From positions 1-64,000 of the forward strand of contig CBFFRP010000322.1 of the NCBI GenBank assembly GCA_965644295.1: a stretch of DNA of 64,000 nucleotides. Direction: 5' to 3'. Below, piece by piece: positions 43,377 to 55,947 of the stretch (its first letter is position 1; each line of letters opens with the position of its first letter). The stretch is from Paraphysomonas bandaiensis (taxonomy: Eukaryota > Protista > Chrysophyceae). Under the pieces are notes generated by a model. The model ran no database searches, was not told the DNA's origin, and saw only the letters and a list, made by a program, of their open reading frames with translations. Both the position numbers and the translations under genes were made by a program.

Positions 43377-46300
43377 CTAAAGATCATCAGAATTCCCCAT
43401 GGTACTCAGAACAGAGTCAAAAGTTCCACTGCTGTACGTGCTTCTATCATGAATCTGTGATATGACACTATCATTACTACCACTGTCAACGCTTACAATA
43501 TGTTGGCCCCTTGATATACGTGCTAATAGCCTTTCTCGAGCTCTAATCGCATCACTTACTTCTTGGGTTGTAAAGTGTCCACGCGATGTGTCATAAGCAC
43601 TAATAACATAAAGTTTGCTCTTCGTCGCAGGCGAAGATACAGATTGACTGAGTGATTGATGCGATGAGTCATCCGAAGATTTGACCAGAGTCTCCATAAA
43701 TAGAGAAATTCTGTCAGGGAGCGAAAAACGTGAGCTCGAATACTGATCGTCTCTGTATGCTGTCGACGTCCCCTGTTTATCTACGTCCTCCATGGAGGCG
43801 TCATTGGATTGATGAGGCTGCCATGCCATTGATCGGGAAGATTCGTCGTTAGAAGTTTGGGATTCCAGCTCCGCTACATATCCCGATATAAATATAGATG
43901 TCACAGTTTGCATGAAAAGAAGCACGCCAATGAAGTACCAGAGCACAAAGAATATCCTCATGTGCAATTGTGTAACTGATGTCATTCCTTCGGACACCAC
44001 ATCCCACCCGCTAACATGTAGGAGACTCGTCAGGGTGACATAGGCGGACGGAACGGTATTAAAATTAAGATCGTAGTAGTTATTTTTTCCATAATCAGTA
44101 TCTTGAAGAGCCTAAATCATATTATTAGTCGTTCTGTCGCAATATCTGTCTCAAATGTCCACCAAATTTACGCAAACATAAAGCACAGATCAATATACGA
44201 AAGATCAAACTTCTTACCTCATACTGACTTCGATTCTCATCACGGTTCACCAATCCTCCAAATAAAGACACACCAACGAGTGCAAATACGTGCATGATAC
44301 ACACAAAAGTAACTACCAGTGCTCCAAGTGATTTCGAAATTCGAGTCGTCGTTCTAATAGCAAAGGAAAAGTTGGAAGATGGATACAAGTAGTCAATGTT
44401 TCTAATCACCAATAAAATTCGGATCAACGAAATTATGCTATGTATTCATTACTTACGATTAACAAAATAAAATACTTATATACCTGGTCCACAAATGCGC
44501 CGTTTTGTAGGGTTTAGCTACACCCCCTTGTAGTTGTGCAGGGTTGTCGACGTATATTAGCATTACCCACAGGAACATTACAACTGCGATGCAGATGTTG
44601 AACCATCCCCATGGTCTTGAAATCAAACGTGTGGGTCCCAATAATACCAAAAGAAAGGCAATATCAGAAACCATGATGACAGCCATAATGGCTTTAATCC
44701 AATCTGTCTCGGCATTTGCGGAATATATCGATGGGTTGATACACAAGCACAAGCCACCAAGAAAGCACAAAACTCCATCCACAGTAGCATTATACGCTGG
44801 TGACGATGCTATATTGAATAATATTTTAAATTCAGCACTTTGAAATACACGCGGAAATCTTTCTAGATAATGACCTTGTACCTATACATGTAACAGGTTA
44901 TCACAATGTCAAACAACAGAAAACATTGCATACCCGCTCTTCAACTAATATTTGTGTAAGATGCAGTATCCACTTAAACTGCTCTTCGTATATACGTCCA
45001 TTGCTCCTAACATCTAACCCTGCGGCAAGAACTGCAATCTCATCATCACTCGGAATTTTATAATATACTTGGCGAAACTCTGGGTAATAGAAATACAGCT
45101 CGTGAAGCAAGTCTCGGACTTGATTACACGACAAATATCCACGACCGACTACATCCATAGTGGAAAAAGCAAGTTTGATATTGTTCTCCCGATTAGACTG
45201 TTTTCTACTGTTTATAGTTTGCATACCGTGTTCATATTCAGCCATAACAATTGCCAAAACAAGATTCAACATTAAAACACTTCCAGCGGACAAATACCCA
45301 AAAAAGTATATGAAAGAACTGCGGTTAACTGAATAGTAAGGTATAATTTGATTTGGTAACCCTGCTGTTGTTATTGATACGAAAACATTCCACGTAGTGT
45401 GGTAATAAGTATCAAAAAAATGAGTTTGCTCCCTGTCAACTTTGTATTCGTCGAACTCGCAGACGACGTAGCCAACTGTTGATGCAACAACTACCAACAC
45501 CATCAGAAAAAGAAGACTAAGTCCATACCTAAATATGTATATTAATGTAAATATCACATTTTGAGCATGGTGTTGACAACCTTGGAAGTGCTTGCATCAG
45601 TACTCTGAGATTCGAGGCACTTTCGTAGTCAAACCATATTATGTACACGACGCTCAGCCAGGCAGATGGTCGAGATAATTGTGATATTCTACTCACTGAG
45701 CCGTTTCCAAACGAATAAATAACAGAAATACACTCAATTATATTGATGATTATCAAGAGAACTCTTACAACCCGCTTTGTGCTGATGTTATGGAAGTATT
45801 GGTTACTCGACAAAAAGGATAGTGTCTGACTGCAAAGCTCGAATGCACGGTATCTGGACAGAGTGTGGAAGTCATTGGCATCGCCTGCTGTAGACTCTTT
45901 GGTGAGGCGTTCAGACATGTATTTCACCTCTAAAACCAAGCCAATTGTAATCACTACAATACAGATGAGTGCAAAATCAGCGGAAGCACGGGCTGACAAT
46001 AAAGTGAAATTCGCCATAGGGTAGATATTTCTATTGTCATAGTCCGCCGGAGGATCATCGACAATCCACACTGGCTTCGATATAAATGATAAAATGAGTA
46101 GTCCCCAAGCAGCAGATTGAAACGCACCGGCAAACTACACAATACAACAGTCTGGTTATCAATCAAGTAGCAGTATCACATTCTATTTATTTGACACTAA
46201 TATCAGGGCCTTACCCTGTGTCTAATTTGAAAGCAAGAATGAGCCGTGGTTGTAAAAAACTCATGGCGCCCTCTTCCACGCCTAGCAGCATGAAGGAGGG

Positions 46301-49300
46301 CGGCTGCACTCATGACAACAGTTATTTTGCTCTCATCCTGGCGTTTACGGAATAAAAAAAATACAAACAATTGTTTGATATATTACCTCACCATCGACGT
46401 GCGTTTCTGTTCTACTACACCAGCTACTATCATCATGCTGTTGTACAGAAGAGTCTATAGCCGACGGCACCCGCTTTCTATCAGCTGATTCATCTCCACT
46501 ACTTTCATGTACTGAAGGACATAAACCAGGAGCTGCAGTCATCATAGTGGCATCTCTCATGTAACCATCGTTGTTACCATGCGCTGTCAATCGACAGGAA
46601 TTAGCGCGCCGTTTCTGCACACCTACTACACCATCAATCGTTTCTGACGATGGAGAGGCCCATACCTGAGAATTGTAACTCGCTGACAGCTCGTATACTC
46701 TCCCCTTCCCACAGAAGAGAACTACGGTGTAACCAGTCCGATACTCCGTCCTGATATTCGCCGGTATTCAGTTGTCCTTGATCACAGATCTTCGATTCAA
46801 CGGACAGACTTCCGCCTAATGGATTCACATTTTCTGATAAAATTGATTCGTCATATACACTCATATCTTGCGATTTTCGGGTAACCCAAAACGATATAAC
46901 AGAAGTCAGTAACGAGGCAGTCAAAAGATTTAGGAAAAGGATAACTCCGCACGAATACCAAGCACTGACGAATATTTTTACCAGTGCAGGGTCACCGCAT
47001 GATATCAATCCATCAGCAATAATATGCATGTTGCTGACTAACAACAGAGTATACAATGTGCCCATCGATGAAAAAAAATCGTTGAAATTTAATGGGTAAT
47101 AATCATTTTTTCCGTATGATGATTGAGATATGGATGGGTAAGTTGTCGTGCCCTCACTTTGTACTAAGCCTCCAAACAACTACGTACCCAATCAACACTG
47201 AATAACACTTACTCGGCATCAATACTACCTTCATGCCTACTATTGCAAACCCGACTCCAATTATTAACAAAAGAAGTGTTGTAAAAAGAACGTCGGCCGC
47301 ACCTGCAGTATTTATTATACGAACGGAAATAAAGTAATATCCATTACCTAGTATGCAATATCGTACTGCAATTTTTAATCGTCTCTTTCGCAACCTCATC
47401 GCATTCAACGACATCACATTTCTGGGTAACACCAATGCTCGGAGAACAAGCATACACTGAAACAGGACTATTTCGTAACATCTCTTGAAAGCCGAATTGG
47501 ATTCGTCATCCGTTTCGGCAGACCCGTATCGGCTCTCGTGCTGCAGCAGTTCCCTGAAAGACGAATCATGCAGATATCTTCCCGTGACGTAGTACACGAA
47601 AACAGAAGAAACCTGTATAACCATAATTACATGTACACAGAATGTGCTAAAACAAGGCACTTCCTACCATGCCAATAGCAACGAAAATATCAAGTGTACT
47701 CCCATAGCTTTTAATCATGCTGAAAGAGATTAGTCAGTAAATTTAGATATAGATGATTACCTTCTCCAACCTCTGCATACCAACCGCACAGCGGTTTCAA
47801 GGAGTGCAAAGGCAGTAATACATAGCATGAAAACTTTACCAGGATAAAATAAAAAGCATATCATAAAGAAAAAGAAAATTAGGTCGGTGACAAAGTTGAA
47901 CCTCTTAGATATTACTAAATTATGTGCAACCAGACATTGCCTTGACCATTCAGGCCACAACGATGCCCACTTTAACACACACGCCGAAGGAAATTTTGAC
48001 TCCATAGAAAGATATCTGGTGGCCAGCCAGCACTGTCGCCACTCCTCATTGAAGTAAATTGGGTATGATGTGCAGGATTGAGTTTCTCTATCGCTTTCCG
48101 AAATTGCTGGCTCAGCAATTTCATTGTCATATTTGCTCAAGCAGGCCAAGTCTACTAAATGTGTGTCCGCTTTGAAAACAATAGTCAAGAAAAATTGCTG
48201 AAACATGGCTAGCGGTATGATGCAGTCCTGATTCTCAACTGATGGTACAACTGACTGAAGAGTAGATTTGTTGCGAATTAATCTACCCAACCCATTGGGA
48301 GTTACAGGCAATGCCCCCGAGCACAACATCTTTACCAGGGATATCACAGGCATATATACAGGCACATCGTAAAGATCTCGCCAGTCCTCAGATACAAAAT
48401 CAGATGGCGTAGTATCAGCAGAAAGAGATGATATTCCATGGGCTCTATTATAGCTACATTCAAGTACTGCTAACAATAAATTTACGTCAGAATTGAAGTC
48501 GTAATCATTTTTATGACGTGGTCTCCTTAGCCCTCTGATATCGCCAATTCGCGAGGAATATACATGAAGAAGTTTCCGAAAGCATACACCAGGAATTCCA
48601 GCAGCTTGACCTGAGCCTGTGGAAGAGCTGTTGGCGTCAGAGATAATTCGGTATGCGGCATTAATATTTCGAACTGCTAACTCTACAACTCGATGGCGGG
48701 ATGCCTGCTGTTGCTTCCTGCGATCACATTTCCGACTCAACAAAATCGTAAAAATACACTACACTTTTAAAAACTAACCTAAAGTGTGCAAAAACTAATG
48801 CAGATGCAATGTTAAGCATTCCAAAGGAGCATACCAACACGAATGAGAAGAAAAATATGAAATAAAGCTGAGATTCCTGTGCAGAAGTGTATAAGCATAT
48901 CATATGATCTCGGTATTACTCAAAACGAACAGTTTATCTACGCCACAGTAACCTAGACGTCTCATAGACACTATTTCAGTATAACACACTACTTCACGAC
49001 ATGGCGTGAGTTCATGCAAATAGAGGTCAATATCCAAGAAAGTGATACTTGAATTAGTAATACTGTCAAGTACCTGGTAGGCAGAAACTAGGGGATCTGG
49101 CCAATCGGCGGCATTCATGACCGTTAGAAGCGTCCAGAGCCCATCTTGTAAAGAAGAAAAGTACCGGTGGCTAGTTTTGCTGGCAGGATCGAATAACTGG
49201 AGTGCTATGAATATATCAGTAAAATGAGAATGCCAAGAAGCTCATATCTATTAGCATCATAAAAGAACAGAGTGACTTACCTAAAACAGAATAGAACAAA

Positions 49301-50077
49301 AGGGCAAGAGCAAGAAGTTTCATGAGAGTTATAAAGCGTAGAAGGGTGGCGAAAGTTATACGTATCATTCCATGAAAGTGCTTTTCTATCAGGAGTACAA
49401 AAATGCATCCTAGAGGAGAGAACGTGCTCAGAGAGCTACCAAGAATACTATATTTTACGGATGGAATGAGTAAAGCGCAGGATCGTATAATCAACTCGAC
49501 GAGCTTCAAGATAAACACAACGATGTAAATATACAGCGACCATCGGGCGTCCATTCTTTCGGGACTATTCATGAAACTCCAAGCATACTTCTTGCAACTC
49601 CCATCGTTGCCGCTTTCAATAGGTAAATACACAATTAGCTCAAACCCAGCTTCGAGAAACAAAGCAAGACCAAGAAAAAACATCACCACAGCAAACAAGG
49701 CAATGTTAATTTCTTCGCTCATATATGATAAATCGGACATTGGAAACCTATTGTACAAATTATCATTTAAAAAAAATTCAAGTGATCACACCTATCAGTA
49801 TCATTCCATCCCCGGTGGTGGTAAGTCCAATAAGGTTTCTGAAAAGCTTCTACCAGTACCATCCCCCATGCCGCTAACCGAAACACGTACTGATACTGTA
49901 CGACACAACATACATACCGTTAAACAGCACTCTATGGAGTAGCGATGTACCCTTATTCTCTTCTCATGGCAGTCTCGTTGAAAGGTGTTAGTGAAGACAA
50001 CCCCCAGACCATCCCCTGCGAGTATAGTGGATCATGTCATAGCATATGTATGTGTATATATGGAGGGCTCGTACCAT
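43377..50077 (-). CDS. TPC: two-pore channel (TPC)-like cation channel; two TPC units in tandem, apparently one four-domain polypeptide (~17 exons)
   Basis: Unit A: S1 AAWGMVLVEAFQKPYW, pore I FSSLQDGLWTLLTVMNAADWPDPLVSAY, pore II LFGG...YYPLNFNDFFSSMGTLYTLLLVSNM. Unit B: S1 AAWGLLILSFISKPVW, pore I FDTYYHTTWNVFVSITTAGLPNQIIPYY, EF-hands, pore II LFGG...YYDLNFNTVPSAYVTLTSLLHVSGW. Junction introns 46623-46665, 46338-46386 and 46135-46214 keep the frame. Start codon inferred. Confidence 0.85.
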
Positions 50078-50315
50078 CCACAGCCTGACGAAGTAACGGC
50101 ACTGCCTTCTCGTAGCAACTGAGCGTATCGGTCATGGAGTTGTAGGGTCAGGAAACATGATATGATGGCTTGTAATGGGCAAAAGATCACGTGGCTGCAC
50201 TATCATGATACAAACACACAGATATATACACACAGACACCCGCCTAATGAAGATTATTGGAAAAAACTTGATACCATGTACAGTATAGAGGTACCGTACA
50301 TAGGTACACACATCA

Positions 50316-50400
50316 ATGTATGTATGTATGTATGTATGTATGTATGTATGTATGTATGTATGTATGTATGTATGTATGTATGTATGTATGTATGTATGTA
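50316..50400. repeat. (TATG)n microsatellite, left part of the array split by the transposon
   Basis: Direct reading of the sequence. Confidence 0.99.
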
Positions 50401-52196
50401 CAGTCAGTTCTCGATATCGTCAATGGATTGTACCATAGGGTTACAATTTCCAATAACGGACATTTTTACCATAAAAAAACCGGGTTTTATTTTTAAAAAA
50501 ACCAGGTTTATTTATAAAAAGCCAGTTTTTGTTTAAAAATTCAGATATTTTGCATAAAACTCAGTTTTTGGATATTAAAACCACGGTTTTATACTAAAAA
50601 ACCCTAAGTCTATGGTAAAAATTCTATATATCACAATTGAATTTAGCAGGATACTGTGTTTAAGGCTGAAAAACTTTCTATTACGGCACTACAGATTAAT
50701 TATGTGGAAAGCCTTGTTATTACATGATAAAAATGCGTTGTCTTAACGACACAGGACAGCTGTATAACATAGTTACTACATAACGCTGCTATGTAGAATT
50801 AGATCTCTGCACCGAGTAAAAGTGCTGTATTGTTCGTTGTGACGAAGACCTTTTGCGCTTCTCTAAGTAACGTTTAGTAACTTCAGAAGCGGCCTTAACA
50901 AACGTGTGGTGCAAAGCATCAGCATCCTCATCACTACTTCCCATAGTAAAGTCATATACAACACGCATGGCATCATTGAATTGATTCAAAGTTACCTTAG
51001 ATGAAGTTGCAGGGTCAATATTTGTATCAGTTTGACAATGATCATCCACCATCGGTATTTGCGGAGAAATAGAAAAAGATTCGAATCGCTCCATGGCTTC
51101 CTCAATTTCAGTTTCGACAACCAATGGATCATTTTCCACATTACACCATAATTCCACTGCGCTTGCTCGCTGTTCGGAAGTAAATGAACTCATCTCAGTA
51201 ATTCCTGAAACTATATCAGGCACAGCGGAAAGCTCCCTAACTTTGATACACAGAGTTGACATTAGGTTGCACATTGAAGCGAGATCGTCGTCAGATATCT
51301 TATATATATTTCTATCCGCTGAGCCATATTCAGTAATCAGTTGCTGCTGCATTGGTAGTGGCAAACAATTCGCTTTACGCCAGCATCTTCCAATTGCTAA
51401 GTTACTGCAATACCGTTCACCTTTCCATACATCATCCAGTATATTCATACAGTCAAGGATATGTGGAATTAAACCATACATGATTCCTTTGCAACCTCTC
51501 CGCGCTGTTGGTATGGCCAATTTAACACTTTCATATTGCTCGACATCATCAAAAACAGAAAGCAGTTTGTGCAAGAGACTGTATTTATATCCTACTTTTA
51601 TGGAAGCGATTATTCCCATGTCCATTGGCTGATGACGCGAAGTCAGCCTTGGCGGGAAACACACTAATTTATTGTACGAAGGGTACAACTGTTCGTCAAT
51701 GCCGACATGTGACGAGCAGTTGTCAAGCAATATAATACACTTAAGTGATCCAAATCGTCGTCTGTACCAAGGATCAAATACCGAATTGATCCACCATATA
51801 GTAATATTTCTATTCTTTCCATATAGTATAGTATAGTTTATATTCTTTCACGAAGTTACATTTCTGCACATCCGAGAAAGTACTCAAAGATTTCTTGCGC
51901 TTGGTACCGATGCTGCATTCAACTGACATCGTTACGTACAACAATGTGAGTATATATTACGAATGTGTTCATGATACTCTCTCTGTTGCATACTCTCTGC
52001 ACATACAGGCAGCAGTATATTGCTAACTTCTATAATCACTTTTACAAAAGTCACGCAAAATAGGGGATTTTTATTAAAAAACTGTAGTTTTATATAAAAT
52101 CGGGGGTTTTATCTTAAAAACCCTGTACCAAGCCTATTTCATTTCCCATAACGGACATTTTTACCATACCTCATTGACGATATCGAGAACTGACTG
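50401..52196 (-). mobile_element. pogo/Tigger-like (Tc1/mariner) DNA transposon, internally deleted
   Basis: Perfect 25-bp TIR cagtcagttctcgatatcgtcaatg (50401-50425 and 52172-52196), TA on both flanks and a DDE_1 transposase remnant inside. Confidence 0.95.
50789..51812 (-). pseudogene. 5'-truncated DDE_1 (pogo/CENP-B type) transposase
   Basis: LLDNCSSH...FPPRLTSRHQPMDMGIIASIKVGYK gives D-x33-D spacing. No HTH region, first catalytic Asp or ATG is visible upstream. Confidence 0.85.
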
Positions 52197-52476
52197 TATG
52201 TATGTATGTATGTATGTATGTATGTATGTATGTATGTATGTATGTATGCATGTATGTATGTATGTATGTATGTATGTATGTATGTATGTATGTATGTATG
52301 TATGTATGTATGTATGTATGTATGTATGTATGTATGTATGTATGTATGTATGTATGTATGTATGTATGTATGTATGTATGTATGTATGTATGTATGTATG
52401 TATGTATGTATGTATGTATGTATGTATGTATGTATGTATGTATGTATGTATGTATGTATGTATGTATGTATGTATG
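52197..52476. repeat. (TATG)n microsatellite, right part of the split array
   Basis: Direct reading of the sequence. Confidence 0.99.
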
Positions 52477-52652
52477 GGTCAGAGGTTGGTGTGTGTGTCG
52501 GTTTTAGTTGTGTTAAGGGGTGCTTGTGTTGTAGAGTGTGTGTAGAGGTCTGTCGTTAAGGTTGAGTTGCTGGTGTGCTTACTGTCACATCTGTTTGAGC
52601 AGCTGCTGTAGCTGTAATTTATAAACCAGATATCGCCTATATATAATCCAGT

Positions 52653-54606
52653 ATGATACGACGCATCAGAGAAGAGAATACTCTGGAGGAGTACAGCCCG
52701 ATGCCCAGTGCATACTGGAGGAGACACAAGAAACCTAATGTGAACCTATTGTCTGACTCTCCATTCGCTACAGACAGACAACTCGAGGATCAGAGGTTCC
52801 TCATTGAGAAGAATAGGGTCAGTTTGTGTCTGTTATAACTGTAATATGCTGAGAGTGATGTTTGTATGTGTGGACAGAACCCTCAGGGACAGGTGCCTGG
52901 TAAGAACGATAAGCCACGATCATATAAGATTGCTGCGAAAGTTGGAGTTGGAAATCCAGTCCTCACAAAAGTTAAAGTTGTTAATAAAATAGTTAGGGAG
53001 GCATCTGGAGTTCATAACTACGCTTTAGTCCCACCAATTGTACACAAGACGAATAATGATGGGCCAATTGATTCTGAAACACACCCACTGATGAAGCCGT
53101 ATCGAGAACAGTCCAACAGAAATCCAGTAATGTGCTCTTTTGGGCACCGACCTAGGTCGGCGTCGAGAACTTTTCACCCTGGGACTATGAGGATTCGACT
53201 TAGAAAAAATGAAATTGCTGACCCCTTGGAAGGTGGAAAGAGTGGATTTGGACTCCCCCCTAGTACGCTTTCTCAGATCCTGCACGCCCCTCGCGTCCAC
53301 AGACCTGGAGAGGAACTTGATGATGATACTGATGGGACAAGGACTGATCCTCGGACCAGTGGAGAGATGTATGACCCCCATGACCTCTTTCTTCCTAATG
53401 AACAGATATTCGAAAAAACAGGGAGTAGTGGGATGGAAGGTGGCACATCAAGTATTAGCTGGGGCGCGCAGAATACTGGCGCCTTCTCGAGGAGCTGGAA
53501 TAACACGACAGACAGCAGTAATATACTTGGTGCTCCAGACAGCGGTACTGGTATCGGTCAGCGAGTAGGCCGAGGGCGAAAGAAGAAGCCATCTAAACGC
53601 CGGGTATTCAACGCATATGTATTCCGTATTGAAGTTCGTTGTAATGATCCCTTGATATGGATACAGGTTGATGACAGAGAGTGGAATAATCATTTCCATG
53701 TCATTGAGAGGCCAAGTAATGAAGTCTTCGAGATGAAAAAGAGTGGGATTGCTGAGACTCAACTGAAGCCACTCAAAGAACGACTTACTAGGTGTGACAT
53801 TATGTTAGCTTTTTGAAATTTATATAATATCGACGGACAGGTTTGCAGCCATATCTGTGCGCGACGTCAAGCCGGATCCATTTTGTGCCAACAAGAAAGA
53901 AACTGACCTCCTAGTGTCACTTGGTAAGCCTGCAAAAGCACCAGATCCGACCTACGATAAAACTGCGAACCCGTTCTACGATGCTGAGGTGGAGGAGGAC
54001 CTCAGGAACATACAGAAGCGCAGTGTTAGGTTAGCGCGGGCGAAAGAGAAGCGGCTTAAGAGAAAGCTAGTGGAAGCAGCCATCAAGTCTATACCGAAAG
54101 TGGACTACCATCCGGATGAGATTGTGATCGAGCAGGCAAGGCAAGCACAGCTTCAAAGTAAACCTTCTATGGGGTCTGTAGACTCAGGAACTATAAACGA
54201 CGGCCGTAATGAGACTTCCGGTAGTGGTGTGAAGACGACAGGAAATACCGTGAGGTTAAAGAGCAGTAAGTCAGACGTTGGGAGTACTAGCGGTGAGTTC
54301 CAGGGAGACAAAGTGTATGATCACGTTATGCAGCCATTTGATGACTACTTGAATGAGGGGGCGGAGGAAAAGGAAAAGTTGCGTGACTCTGTAACGAATA
54401 ATGATGATCGAAACGGGGTGAGTGATGAATATGGTGCAGATTATGACGCGGTTGTCGATGAGTTCGACCGGAGCACTCTCAATGATGAAGGACTTGGGTT
54501 TGACGAGGACGCTGAACTAGCCAAACTGGAGAACGATTATAACGGGAATGAAAACGCCTATGCAGGGAACATTGATGAATTTGGAGATGGGTCGGACCAT
54601 CAGTGA
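52653..54606 (+). CDS. hypothetical, largely disordered protein with an acidic tail, multi-exon
   Basis: Three ORF pieces joined in frame by GT-AG introns (about 52818-52877 and 53792-53840); no family recognised. Confidence 0.7.
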
Positions 54607-54977
54607 TCATTTCAATGAATTGGGTATTTATTATTAGATGTATCAGATATGTAGGTAATTGATGTTTGGGTGTGTACGATATGCCCTGCTGGTGCTGATA
54701 AAATAGATTGCGTGGCAATTTGTGTGGAGTGTGGAGATATTTTGTAAAAAATAAGTTCTTGAAGTTGTAGAAGCTAATTTCATACCTCTCGAATGGTATT
54801 GTTAATATATGAGAAAAGAATAAACCCTGATGTACTGATATAGATATTGCAATATACAATATAGAACTTGATACTTGAGGGGAGCCCCTTTTTTACCACC
54901 GAGGAATCAAGATTTGGCATATTAGGATAGTAAAGGCCTTATCAATTGAGACACATATATATACATATATACATATA

Positions 54978-55584
54978 CAGTCAGCAGGTATTGTTCTACC
55001 CATTCATAGCCAAATGTGGTACAAGGACACAAATCTATGTGTCACTTTTTAGAAGTCTTTGGGTATTGACGAATATACAGGCATCCAGGACTTGAGCCCC
55101 TTTCAAGCTTGAATGGTGATCGGGGTATTGGGCTGCCTGCTGAAGTCATGAATTCGGGTGGAGTCATTTTAAGCCTACTAAATTTTCAGATGTTCCAAAT
55201 AAACTAAAAATGACAGTGGAACCGTTTTGAAATTTAGTAGTATCGATAAATTTTTAAGTTAGCAGGAATGTCTAAAATATTTAGTAGGCTCAGCTGCCAG
55301 TTTTAATTTAATTGAAATATCCGCAAACCGCAAAACTTAGTAGGAACAAGAAACACGTTCTTGTGTAGTAGGAACGTCGGATAAATTTAGTCGGGGCAAA
55401 TATTTTTCCGAGCATCCGGGCTGTTTACCTTAATAGCCCAAATATCCTGATGTCAGAAGATGTCATGTATATCAACATTCTGCTTGCTCTCTGCGTTTGC
55501 TTTGAGTGGTAGAGCGAGGTGGTTATACCTTCGTGTAAACACAAGCAGCTTTCGTAGCGTTAAATAGTAGGATACCAGAGCTAA
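54978..55584 (+). repeat. dispersed repeat family, copy 3, interrupted by a 253-bp insertion (55159-55411)
   Basis: Homology to copies 1 and 2 stops at ctgaagtcatgaattcggg and resumes at gcatccgggctg. Confidence 0.8.
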
Positions 55585-55947
55585 TAATTAGACATTCACT
55601 ACTACACTATACACTACTACGATCTTATATAGACACGATCTTATACAGTCTATTTCATTTCACTACGCACTATTATTCCTATCATCTCAGCAGTTCATGT
55701 AATACTGTTAATCACTACTGTATTCTTCATGTAATGGTCATAAATTCAAATACCATAGAAAATAAAACTTTTAATAGCTCTAAATGTGTCCATCAAGAAA
55801 ATTGTTTTCTATAGAAAAATATTTCTTCGCAGCAGTTAATCACAGCAAGAACAAAGTATTGATATATTCTTCGAAATAAAAAAGTAATCGTAAGGAAACA
55901 CCACATTGTAATAATCATTTCGGCTAGGACAACCTACTACACCATCT

